A stretch of DNA of 64,000 nucleotides from Podarcis melisellensis. Its lineage: Eukaryota. Each line of letters opens with the position of its first letter. Position 1 is the stretch's first letter. Positions 11,004 to 23,149 of this stretch are shown in pieces. The notes beneath the pieces are model-generated. The model was not told where the DNA came from. It saw only the letters and a list, made by a program, of their open reading frames with translations, and ran no database searches. The translations under genes and the position numbers were made by a program. Location: assembly GCA_964234715.1 (NCBI GenBank), contig OZ174277.1. One strand, written 5' to 3'.

Positions 11004-13595
11004 TCTACCAAACCATCTCCGTTGTTTTTTCTGTTCCTTCCACCCACAGGAAACTAGGCTGCCCACCCCTGCAGTAGATACATATCTACATATCACAAAC
11101 ACCCCCTATTTTAGGAAAATGAGACAAGCTGGGATATTGTTCTCTTTGATGTGTAACTTAATACTATCTTTCAAGCCATCCAGATGGTTCTCTCTGCCTA
11201 CTGTAGGTGTGGGCTCTGCCTAACTACAACTGCCTTACTCCATTCAGCAGACTAAAATAAACAGTAATCAGACCGTGTTTCAGTCACAACATCTAAAATT
11301 GTATGCTAGACCTCCATTTTATACCGTGTGTGTGTGTGGGGGGGGAATACAGACAAAAAGGCATTAAGTGATTGACTGAACAGTGTTCTTCATCCTATTA
11401 CCCTTTCAGAAACTGATTTTCAGGAGATAGTTTGCTTGACAACTCTAAAGCAGCAGTCACAGTCCAAGAGAATGGGTGTCCACTCAATCCCCAAACACAT
11501 GGAGGGCTTCCAGTCTTCAGCACCAATACTGCATACCTTGATTCAATATCTGCATGTTCTGTTGGATGTCTAGAAGCACAGCCCAAACCCTGGTCATGTG
11601 GAGTGCTTGAAGGCAGATATTGAGGGTACAGAAGTGGACTGAGCAAACACCACAGAATTAGTAATTAAGATTTAACCTACTAGCTGAAATGATTCATCTT
11701 GGATTGTAGTCCTGAACATACTTACTTGTGAATAACCCCCATGAATTCAATGGGACTAAGTTCCAAATAAATATGCATATGATTGCACTTCATGCCAATG
11801 TAAGTCTATAGCTGACTACACAAAAGTATGGATATTTCTATGCAGAGAAGCAGGGTTTTCTGAGGGAAATTATTTCAGTTTTTGTCTGATCTCATCTGAA
11901 TAACATTTTCCTTTTCACAGATTTGATCTTATCTATGGACTTTCCCAACAATGATCTAGCTGGCATGCAACACTAAACCATGGCTCAACATTACAAGGGT
12001 GAGCAACAGTGAGCCTGGTTCCACATGCCTCTCTCTGTCCTCCAGCACTTCTGCAATGGCACTGGAAACTTTGCTTCAGATTATGCTCACATCCAAATCC
12101 TAAACTGTAGTTAATCATAACTATGCTTTGTTGAAACAAGTCATCTTCATACACTTCATACATACATGGAGTGTAAAGTGTGTTGGATTTGGACAACATG
12201 GCAAGCTCTGACTAATCTATAACAGAAACCAAAGCTTCTGAACTCTTATTTGTGACCTACTGTAGGAGAAAGGAGTTTGCCTAGGCCTGTCCTCATCTCA
12301 CTAAACCATGGTTTAGCATTATATCCAAACCTGCACAATATGATCAAAAGAACATTAAATTTCTAATCCTGGAAACATTCGCAAGCAACAAGGTATATCC
12401 AATCAAGTATTTGATCTTGGGTGTGTCAGGCCAGGGATTCCATGGCAAATAGATATAACTGCCAAGTTTTGGTAGACTCCCAAATGCAAAAGACTTTGCT
12501 TTAGTCTTAAGCCAAACTAAACAAGAGAGCAAACGACGCTGCAGGATTTTAGGCTCAGACACTATCAACTGACAAAACACCAAATTGATTTGGCATTTAA
12601 TTCCCATAGCTAATGTCTCAGGACTGGATTTATGCTGGTTAATTGAGTTGATTTTCCATGGTAAATTAAGAAAAGGTTCCTCCCATATATATATATTTTG
12701 ACCACTAGCTACATGCAAGGGCTGATGTAAAAAGCCTGAGTGAAAGCATATGATTTAAACATTTTTAATGTATTTTAAATTAGCTGAGGTTAACTGAGTT
12801 GAAATTAAAGCTCTTCCAGTGACCCCTGTGGAACTGCAATTTATCTCGATGCCAACAATCCCATATATTTAGCTTAAAGAAACTCCATACTCCTCATATT
12901 ATTCGAGACTCATTATTTTCATCAGATATTACCCAAAGAATTAGTCCCTGAGAAAGTATAAAATTGATAAACTAGTAAGGGATATGATCCATGGACAAAT
13001 TCTTCTGCACATGCACCGTGGACAAGAATCAGAGTAGTTCAAGAACACTTTTGCTTCTTCGTGGATTATATCCAACTTTTCTCTACTCAGTGTTAGGTCT
13101 GAGACCATCCCATGGAGTGGGCTTATAGGAGTAAGTTGTGTAGAAATACATAGCTTTACCTCTTTTGCAAGCTATGAAATCCATATATCTAAAAGGCCCC
13201 ATTGCAGATTTAGAATCAGGAAAGCCTTCCTGAAAAGAACATTCCACAGAGTGAATGTCAAGATTAAGAAAATTCCTTTTCCAGGTAAACATCACTCTAA
13301 GGCAGTGCCATACTGTAGGAACCCCTCAGCATAGTCAGGCAAGGTGATGCTGCCTCCCACCGCTGCTGCTACCCTACTCCTGTCCTTAACATCCTTAACA
13401 CTGAGGCAAGTATTTTCGAATGCCATTTGAAGTATGGAATTATCATAGAATCTTAGCCTTCACAGAATTAGGATCATTGTGCACAAGGCACATTTTTTTC
13501 TAGCACTTACATGGTTAATCATCAGTCTCTGCCCCCACAGAGCTCCATGTGCTCAGCGAAACCTCTATGAAACTTGAGACCACAGCCATCATCTG

Positions 13596-13968
13596 AAAAA
13601 GGTAAAGGACCCCTGGATGGTTAAGTCCAGTCAAAGGCGACTATGGGGTTGCAGCGCTCATCTCACTTTCAGGCCAAGGGAGCCAGCATTTGTCCACAGA
13701 CAACTTTCTGGTTCATGTGGCCAGCATGACTAAACTGCTTCTGGCACAACGGAACACTGTGACGGAAACCAGAGCACACAGAAACCCCGTTTACCTTCCT
13801 GCTGCAGTGGTACCTATTTATCTACTTGCACTGGAATGCTTTCGAACTGCTAGGATGGCAGGTGCTGGGACAGAGCAATGGGGTTGCGGGGATTCGAACT
13901 GCCGACCTTCTGATTGGCAAGCCCAAGAGGCTCAGTGGTTTAGACCACAGTGCCACCTGTGTCCCTCT
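13596..13968 (-). mobile_element. Sauria SINE
   Basis: Reverse-complement match to the 7803 element. 12-bp TSD AGCCATCATCTG at 13584-13595 and 13969-13980. Confidence 0.9.
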
Positions 13969-15409
13969 AGCCATCATCTGTGGAAGCATATTGTCACAAC
14001 CATCTCCCTTACAGTGGCCACAAGGCATACTAACTTTCTCCTGCCTGCCGCATGCACAGTGAGGGTCACTGAAGGCCAATGCTATGCAAAAAATAACAAC
14101 ATCTTATGGTTTTTGCACACTACTCTTGAGCACTTAACAAGCCACACTAGCAGCCTGTCAATGCAAACTCAACGTCAACGAGGATGAAGCCATGCCACTG
14201 GCCTTCATGTGGTCATGCCTGCATATGGAAGTCAGTTCATTCAGCAGCTGCCATAGTCGATATGGCTTTGAGAATGGGCTGGAATGGGAATTGATCACCA
14301 CTACCTACAAAGTTATTAGCAGAATTGAATAGAATTTTATTGGGGGTTCCAGAATATAGTAACCAAAGCCCCATAATGGAGTGTTTGCCCAAAGTAGAGC
14401 ATTGTCAGAATTTGAAAACATAAATGGTAATCCGACAGCAAAGACAACTCCCTACTAGGAATTTATCATTAGTAACACTGGCAGCAGGCATTCTAGACAT
14501 CCTAAGATTACTTAGCTCTTGGTATCTCTAACTGAAAACAGACCCTTCACTGTGTACATGGAATGTGCATCCTGAAAAACATAGACAAAATAATAGTATA
14601 TGTCTCTTGTCTTCCACAACATCCCAGCTCTAGCTTGTTCACCTCAGAGAATAAATTGAATTAAAGGGAGTTTAGGAATCTAAGTTAAACCATATTACCC
14701 TCAACAGTTAATTTGATTTTATAGCAAAGCTAGACGGGGTTATATCAAATGCAGTCAATGATAGTCAATGACTAATTGTGGTAGGCAATTTAAAGCGATT
14801 TTAGTCTAAATTAACTCTGGCCTAGATGAGAAGATTCAGTTACTCCCATACAAACAATATGTGAAACATGCATGAAGAGAGAGAGAAAATTTGCCTCTTC
14901 TGTAAAACATAATATAGTTTACAAAACGCATGTAAAATGCCAGCTTGGTAATAGAGAGTGACATTTGAGAATTCCTTTTAAGAGCCAAATATCCAGATGT
15001 GTCTGGATATGTGTATCAGATATATGTCAGACTCTGTTCCAAAATCAGAATTCTAGCGCTGGTTTGTATCTGAAGTTCAGACAGCATAACTCCCTGAACG
15101 GAGAGGTGCATTCTTCCATGCCTACCAGCAAGAGGGCGGGGGAGACACATTGTGCCACAGCTGCTGCCTGTAGGATAAAGAATAGGTTTAGGAAAATAAA
15201 CCCTTTCAAGCAATTTGCCACATGCAGGGATTGCCAGGGTTCAATGAAAGAATATATTTGCAATACGAGGCAGGGAATATGCTAAGTATAAACGCCAAGC
15301 CTCTATGTTGTAGAGAATTCTTTCCATTACCACCAAGCCTGTCTGCACATCCGTAGGACTTCCATGACAGGTGGGCATAAAAGCCTAAATCAAGTTCTTT
15401 CACTTAAGA

Positions 15410-15544
15410 CAGTGATGGCCAACGCGGCCCTCCAGCTGCTTTGGGACTACAATTCCCATCATCCCTCACTACTGGTCCTGTTAGCTAGGGATGATGGGAG
15501 TTGTAGTCCAAAAACAGCTGGAGGGCCAAGTTTAGCCATCACTA
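15410..15544. mobile_element. Palindromic hAT MITE
   Basis: CAGTGATGGC...GCCATCACTA termini and a long internal hairpin. 8-bp TSD ACTTAAGA/ACTTTAGA. Confidence 0.85.
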
Positions 15545-16917
15545 ACTTTAGATAATAAGCACTAGCCACATGCCAAAGGCAGGGAGGGGGACCCCTGGAA
15601 GCAGTTTATTTGTTTGGGTACCTAGCCACATTTCTCCTCTCTAGTAGAGCATTAGCCCAAACAAATCAATCTTCTTCTTTCTAGGACAGCATCAGCCCAA
15701 ACAAATCAACCTTCCAGCGATTCAACATGGCACCCGGACTCAGATTTTGATGGGCTTTAAAGGGAACAGATTTTTACAATTACAGAGCAGCCACGTGCAA
15801 TGCCTCTCTATGTGCCCTTGCTGACTGAAGCTGGCACATGAATGCTACCGTCAAGAAGGTGCAGGAGGTTGATCTGAAAAGCTGGGATGGAAGCAAGGAA
15901 CAAACAAATGGTGTGGTGAGCATTGAAACCTATTAAGATTTTATAGGGCACCTTATGCCTAGAAGTCAAAAAGGAGCCAATGCAGATTTGGTTCCTCCCC
16001 ATTTCCAGACTGGGTGGCTGGTAGCCATAATCTGAAATGCAACTTTACACCATACACATCAACAGTATTTATACCAGTTTAATTGTCACACCTTGCCTAA
16101 GGGAATCCTGGAAAATGAAGTTATTTGAGACTGCTAGTAAGTCTTTGCAAGGGATCCCCAAAGAAACCTGACAATTCCTTGAGTGGAGGAAACTAAGACA
16201 ATTGAATAGGTTCTAACTTATCTGAAAAGATATACAGTAAACCCATCAAAAGTGATAGCTAATATGTAATACGAATATTCAGTTAGTTTCCAGGTAACAG
16301 CTTGAATGAACAAGGGGATGGTAGCAGTTTCATACTTTTCTGGTTATGAACTTATAGCATATGTGAAATCATCATTATATTAGCATGAATATAAATTGTA
16401 TCCAAGAAATCCTCTGAAGAGAACGGTATCTAAGCACCAATGGTACTTTCTGATACCCATCTTTACCTTCTGTGGCTAATGTCTCTCAGTCTCTTCCCAC
16501 AAAGATAAACTACTCTGAGGTGAAATTTCTCACCACAGGGTAGCTTTGTCATCTATATCATCCTGCTGAGCAGCATGAAGAATTTAACTATCCCTCAAAT
16601 GCAGATGTGTGACAATCTGGAAGCAATTTCTACTGAAATTAGTGAGACTCGCATCAAATCACTGAAGAAAGGAAGACAACACCACAATCCCAGGCACACT
16701 TTCTTGGAAGCAAAACCTCTGAAATCAATGGACTTACTTATTTCACGGAAACATGCTTAGAATCAAGATGAAAATAATATTAGGGAAAAAATAATTATCT
16801 ACCTACAGTAGGCCATGATGGAGGCATCAGATTAAAACTTATTATATCCACTCCATTTTCGTTGTTTAGCTGGGGTATATCATCGCTTCCTCTTCTGAAC
16901 TGTTCTTTTTGAATAAC

Positions 16918-16946
16918 TTGTTTGTTTGTTTGTTTGTTTGTTTGTT
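16918..16946. repeat. (GTTT)n microsatellite
   Basis: Direct reading. Confidence 0.9.
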
Positions 16947-17072
16947 GTTACCAGAGCAGGTGAAATGCTGCCTGTCTATTAAACATGAGTAAACAGGGCC
17001 ACTAAATCGTACATTGTGTGAGGATACCAGAAATAAACAGGCAAGACGCAAGGTGCGAGTTCAAACACATAC

Positions 17073-17192
17073 CTCTTTATTGATGACAAGTTGTAAACTT
17101 ATGATACTCAGAGGGGAAGGAAGCCAATGCGTGGGAAATATTCCATATTATTTATCAGTCTGCTAGGCGTATTATGATTGGGTGAGCCTGTG
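17073..17192 (-). other. Candidate 120-nt non-coding internal exon of the minus-strand transcript
   Basis: Strong acceptor TTTTTTTCCTGCAG| and donor GAG|GTATGT. Stops in all three frames; contains a short ATG ORF (MEYFPRIGFLPL*). Confidence 0.5.
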
Positions 17193-18890
17193 CTGCAGGA
17201 AAAAAAGTTGACCTTAATACTGCGTCTTCACTGCGCTTGACCCCTTCAGCTGAAGAAGGAGGGTTTCCTGACTCACACCCCCTTAGACCCCACAACTCCA
17301 AATATGTTAGCCTCAAAACTGATCTATAGCCTGCCCCATGAATCACACAACCTGAAAAGTGATAGTCTTTGGAATAACTATACACCCAAAAAGCGCCTCA
17401 GGGTGCTCTTTGTGCCAGCCTCTTCCCTTTCTCACACGCGCTTGACAAGTGACCAAACCAATGAAGCTATTTATTCAGTTTCCACCTCTAAGTGCTCCAA
17501 CCATGTTCTTCTACAGTATGGAGTAGGCAAAAAAAAAAAAAGGGTGGGGGACTGGCAATCAATCGCAGCTGATCAAAAAATCCCTACTCACCCCCATCAC
17601 AACAATCAGCTAATCCCAATCTGTAAATGGGAAAGGCAGGCTGGGCACTAGTTCCAAGACCAGGAGGAGGGAGGGAATGGGTGGGGCAGCCTTTTACATT
17701 CCCACCCACTCCTCCTAAGCACCTGAATGTGTCTGCTGGTGCGCAATAAGAAGCCTTTTTGCCCTGGCTCCATCACAAATGTGCTCCCACCTAGACCACT
17801 TTAGGGGACAGATGGAGGAGTGGCGTTCCCTCACTGGGAAAATTCCTCTCCCCTGCCATAACTATAATAAATGGCTATAAGGGCACTGACATGAAACACA
17901 TTTAATGCAGGTTAGGCATCCTGCTTCACCAGGATTTAAAATCTGGCTTTGTAGCTGGTTAACAAACCCTGCTCAAGAGGGAACCTGGTTAGCTTCAACC
18001 ATGGTTAACAGGGGCACTCTTGCTGTGCCCTTTAGCTGTGATTTAGGCAGGATGAAGGATTTGGCCATATGAGGAAGAAGCTAAAGGGGGAAAGGGCAAT
18101 GAAATCCTAATTTTCCAGCTGGCTGGTTGAGAGAGAGCTTGTATTGCATCTGCACCAGCCCTGAGCAAGAGGTTTTAAATGCACAACCCAATAGTTATCC
18201 CCTATACTTCAAGAATGTGCTATCCTAATTTAGGACAAGGATTGTCAAACAAAAATCAAGTAGATACACTTGGAACAAGAAAAGAAATTGACCGTAAAAT
18301 CATCTAAGGCTGCCATCCCAAATACACTTATTTTAAAAGGATGTTCCATTTAGATGAGCAGGGCTTACCTACAAGTTAATATTTTTAAATTCATGTTAAT
18401 TGCTTTGCCTACTGCTATAATTGATAGTACCTCCCAAGCTTTAAAATGACTGTAAACTCCTCTGCCTTTCATCTCCTGTTGTAATAGACCCTGTCATATG
18501 AAAATGATGAAGAGTCATGGAAGGAGTCACCTTCCCCTAGCACTGAATAAGCAGCCTAACTAGAATGCAAAAAACATTTTCATCCCTGAAACTAATCCAC
18601 TTTACCCAGTGGCAAGGAAGGGCATTTTTGACCCAGTTGCCTAGCCTTCTCATCATGAGTTTTGCAAACATGATCTTGTGATCTGATGTACAGTACTAGC
18701 ATGCAGGATCTGGTGTAAGAGTCCACAAAAGTTATTTGCCTGTAATATATTTTACTAGCCTGCCTGCTAAGAGCCTGCTAGCATCCTGGATTTTCATGGA
18801 TCCCTTTCCTCCACATCCAGCATGAAAAATCCAGGTCACTGGCCTCTTAACAGGCTAGTAAAACAGAAAGAAAGCAAAAAAAAAAAATTT

Positions 18891-19364
18891 CCTTCCAGTA
18901 GCACCTTAAAGACCAACTAAGTTAGTTCTTGGTATGAGCTTTCGTGTGCATGCACACTTCTTCAGATACCCTTCCAGTAGCACCTTAAAGACCAACTAAG
19001 TTAGTTCTTGGTATGAGCTTTCGTGTGCATGCACACTTCTTCAGATACCCTTCCAGTAGCACCTTAAAGACCAACTAAGTTAGTTCTTGGTATGAGCTTT
19101 CGTGTGCATGCACACTTCTTCAGATACCCTTCCAGTAGCACCTTAAAGACCAACTAAGTTAGTTCTTGGTATGAGCTTTCGTGTGCATGCACACTTCTTC
19201 AGATACCCTTCCAGTAGCACCTTAAAGACCAACTAAGTTAGTTCTTGGTATGAGCTTTCGTGTGCATGCACACTTCTTCAGATACCCTTCCAGTAACACC
19301 TTAAAGACCAACTAAGTTAGTTCTTGGTATGAGCTTTCGTGCGCATGCACACTTCTTCAGATAC
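18891..19364. repeat. Tandem array, 6 x 79 bp
   Basis: Units start at 18891, 18970, 19049, 19128, 19207 and 19286. Units 1-5 are identical; unit 6 has two substitutions (19296 G>A, 19342 T>C). Confidence 0.97.
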
Positions 19365-19365
19365 C
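18931..19365 (-). ncRNA. Six tandem minimal type I hammerhead ribozyme motifs
   Basis: Each unit reads GGUAU-CUGAAGA-A-GUGUG CAUG CACAC-GAAA-GC-UC/AUACC. This gives the CUGANGA and GAAA cores, a 5-bp stem I, stem II, a palindromic AGCU stem III and a UH cleavage site. Confidence 0.88.
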
Positions 19366-19366
19366 T

Positions 19367-19406
19367 GGTATCTGAAGAAGTGTGCATGCGCACGAAAGCT
19401 CATACC
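19367..19406 (+). ncRNA. Seventh hammerhead motif in the inverted unit
   Basis: GGTAT CTGAAGA A GTGTG CATG CGCAC GAAA GCTC/ATACC. The variant base keeps stem II intact as a U.G wobble. Confidence 0.85.
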
Positions 19407-21588
19407 AAGAACTAACTTAGTTGGTCTTTAAGGTGCTACTGGAAGGATTTTTTTTTTGTTTTGACTATGGCAGACCAACACGGCTACCTATCTGTAACTA
19501 GAAAGAAAGCAAAAGGTGTATTCTCCCAAGTGAGCTGGCAGAGAAGGGACTGCACTGAGGGATTCACTTTCCTTCCTTGCTCAACCAAGCAACCTGGAGG
19601 AGGAAAATGGAGTACCATGTCTTGCCAGCTCATTCAGGGCTTGTGCAGAATTCCTGGTGGCCTCTGGCTAGCAGATGAGTTGTTCAATAAAAAGGCTGTC
19701 TCCCAGGCTGAGTGCAAACTTTCCTCCTTGTTCCAACAAGCGCATAAAATTCAATCCGTGCCCCACTTGACCTCAGCTTTATGACCTTGACCTTCCTTTA
19801 TGGAGGTTCTGGGCTCATCTCAAGATTCCTAGTAGGAGGGGGATTACCACGAAAGTAGGGCAGAGCAGGGTGATTCTACCTCCACTTTTGCATAGCATAA
19901 GATGATTTGTGTAGTGCCGCCTTCACCAACTGGGTGCTCTCTAGATGTTCTGGCCTACAACTCCCACTAGTCCTAGCCAAAGTCCAAAACATCAGGAGGG
20001 CACAGGCTTGTGAAGGTTGCTGTAGTGTATGAGTTTTGGACCACCTGTACATTGCTTGACGTATTTCAAAGAATCCAGCTTCCTGGAGGGAGCAGAAATA
20101 TGATGAAGTTTGCTGATCGAAGAGGTTGTTAAATTAATAACGCTGGCCATATGTGCACTACAGTCTCAAGAAAGCTCTGGGAATTGTAGTACTGTGTGGG
20201 AACCTCCTTCCTGTACTTCCCTGCACACACACTGAGCTAGAGTTGCCAAGATTCTTTGGGGGAAGTAATGATACTTAAGACATCTATAAGCTTGTAGAGA
20301 TATGCTCCAGTTCTTCTGGCTTCACACAGAGCATTTGCCATACATTCCTAGCTTTACAACTGCTACTCCTCTCCTGCTTTTTATATGTTACACTTGCAGA
20401 AAGGTATGCAGGAAGGCAGCTTGTGGTTATTATTGCAACATGTCTCAATAACTGCAAATTGTATGAACCTCCTGGTTTTCTAACAGCGGTGTGCTGTATT
20501 CAAAATTGCAACATGAGAATACTACACACAGCATCTTGTGAGGGGCTGATGACCTCTATTCCAAGCAAATGTGTTTAGGATCAAAGCGTAAAAAAGACTG
20601 GGAGTTGGTGAGAACAAGTAATCCAAATGGCATCAATTTAGAGTACTAGACAATAATCAGTGAAAGTCACACAGACAATGATAGCCTTCTCTGCTGAAGA
20701 AACTAAGAGACTTCTTAAAGCTTCTTATTGCTCTCTATGAACAATATCCTGTTTCCTTGTACAGTGGACAATGATGAATTTTGGACAAATGGGTACAACA
20801 AATGACTCCAGTTTTTACACACTCCCTGCCCAAGTACTCCTTTAAAAGCCCATTTCTAGCTGTGTCTAACTAAATGCCACTCCCTGATTGCACCAGATAT
20901 ATTTGCCATCTCTCTATAAATGGAAGCCCTACTAGTAGAGTGTGAAGAATAGAGAGTGAATGTAGGAAAACTGCCAAAGGGAATGGAATGAATGAAATTA
21001 ACACACACTCTGACAAGATGACACCCTGACAACTTAATAGCTGTATCCCAACTGTAATTAACATAGTAAAGCACACAGCATCTAAATGGAGCTATATATT
21101 TGTGGAGAGAATGAGGCTAAACCTAGTTTTAAGGGAAATCACAATTTTCCCATGTGACACTAAAAAGGACTAATAAAGGGAAATAAGTACTCCACCACAA
21201 CCTATAGTTAACTTACAGGATTCACTAAGTGGTCAGGGCCCCACAAACCTAGGAAACTATATGCAGTCTTATGTCCTACCCTGTCCTCCAAGACCAACCA
21301 GGAACTCTCTCTAAAATACACCAAGTGCCAAACTGGGCATACAAGACTCACACTAAGGCATGCCACACAACTTTGAGAACATCCTCCAAAGAAGCTCACC
21401 AAACTCTGAGCTGAAATGGTGTAAGACTGAAAGCTTTATTCACATTGGGTTTGGGTGGATAGGGATATGGATGGATAGATTACATTAATATAATTATTGA
21501 CGCTGAGTCCTTGGGATTGGCTGGGCTCTAAATCCAGCAAACAAACAAGCTAGAGTGATGCTATGGTGACCACCAGCTTAATATTTCT

Positions 21589-21938
21589 AAAGGTAAAGGG
21601 ACCCCTGACTTTTAGGTCCAGTTGCGGATGACTCTGGGGTTGCGGCGCTTATCTCGCTTTACTGGCCGAGAGAGCCGGCGTACAGCTTCCGGGTCATGTG
21701 GCCAGCATGACTAAGCAGCTTCTGGTGAACAGAGCAGCGCACGGAAACGCCGTTTACCTTCCTGCCGGAGTGGTACTTATTTATCCACTTGCACTCTGAC
21801 GTGCTTTTAAACTGCTATGTTGGCAGGAGCTGGGACCGAGCAACGGGAGCTCACCCCGTCGCGGGGATTCGAACTGCCAACCTTCTGATTGGCAAGCCCT
21901 AGGCTCTGTGGTTTAGACCACAGTGCCACCCGCATCCC
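21589..21938 (-). mobile_element. Sauria SINE
   Basis: Homologous to the 13596 copy. TSD TAATATTTCTAAAGG at 21579-21593 and 21951-21965. Confidence 0.9.
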
Positions 21939-22244
21939 AATTAAGCATGCTAATATTTCTAAAGGAGCCCACAAATCCATGGGGGGAGAGGTCTATCAAT
22001 GCCTATTACACCCAACAGCAAAACAGAAACTGGGATCAATCAGTAGAGACCATCTTGCCCTCTTGGTGAGATTCCCTGGAACATCTGGCTGGCTGCTGTT
22101 GAAGACTGAACACAGGGCTTCTGCTCTGATCCAGAAAGGCACTACTTAGGTTTTATGAGTCCCTTCAGTACTATTTGTATACCACATACAAATGCTGTTA
22201 TTCCATCCTACATTAAGGAAGGTAAATCAAGTGTACATTATAGC

Positions 22245-22311
22245 TAATGTTTTACATTAATATTAGAGGCCAATTGACACAATTGGCCTCTAATATTAAT
22301 GTAAAACATTA
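22245..22311. repeat. Perfect inverted repeat, 32-bp arms and 3-nt spacer
   Basis: TAATGTTTTACATTAATATTAGAGGCCAATTG-ACA-CAATTGGCCTCTAATATTAATGTAAAACATTA. Confidence 0.97.
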
Positions 22312-23149
22312 AATCACAACCTGATTTAAGCTTCAGATGCAAAAACGCCCATACGCTACAGCGACAGAACAGCAAACAGGGAAGCAAAGACCTAATTAAG
22401 GATTCTATGAAAAGGGCAGAGCAAGCACAGCAGAGCTAAGGTAACACCCCTTTCCATTTAACATGTCCTCTCAAATTAATGTCCACCTCCACAGCATGGC
22501 TGGCAAAATAAATGTCAGCTGATTTAGCAGAAATATGGTAGTTGTGCATGTGTAAGGGCTACTTCTAGCCTATCTTCCAGGATTCGTGCACTAAATTCAG
22601 GTTTTCTGTTCTGTATCTCATTTAAGGCAATTAAGGTCACAGCTGCTTGACTATGCAGTAATTCAGTAAGAGAGCAACCATTTATTTTTAAATTGGTTCG
22701 TCCAAAAGTGCACAATTGAAAATATTGATTTTTTATTAAAAAAAAGAAAAGAAAATACAATGGACTCTTGAAGCAAAGACTTGCAATTTACATTTGGATA
22801 CGGTTCAGAGAAAACGAAATCTGCGGTTCAGAGAAAACGAAATTTTAAAATAATTAAAAAAGAAACAACCAGCATACAACATTAGTTTTGCAGCTACGCT
22901 ACTACCATGAAAGAAGCCACGTCCCTGTTTGAGCTCCTCCTTTAACGTGTGCGCTAATGAATGACAACATTGGTGCATGAAAATGGGTTGCATGCCTGCC
23001 CGCCTGGCTTTTGCTAAAGAGGGATCTGCACATTGATTTTTATTCATTCGATGAATGTAAAAGCCTACAAAACAGGACAGCTACTCGTCAATGTACCTGG
23101 TATCAAGCTTGATGATGTGAACTGTCACATTTTAAAAAAATCAGAAAAG

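Larger units (their letters stand above)
18880..19499. mobile_element. Penelope-like element (PLE) terminal-repeat insertion with tandem and inverted copies
   Basis: Six 79-bp direct units (18891-19364), one inverted unit (19367-19446) and a tail ...GCAGACCAACACGGCTACCTATCTG typical of lizard PLE ends. 15-bp TSD AGAAAGAAAGCAAAA at 18865-18879 and 19500-19514. Confidence 0.85.

Noticed and set aside
10678-11223. ORFs spanning 10.7-11.2 kb
   Set aside because: Artefacts of translating through the N gap.
15122-15142. CTCF site (CCAGCAAGAGGGCG)
   Set aside because: Two core mismatches to the consensus; unsupported without ChIP data.
16803-16910. Additional minus-strand exon ending TAG|GTAGAT
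   Set aside because: Weak donor and no polypyrimidine acceptor upstream.
18891-19364. CRISPR array
   Set aside because: The units are contiguous and identical, with no variable spacers and no cas genes, in a vertebrate context.
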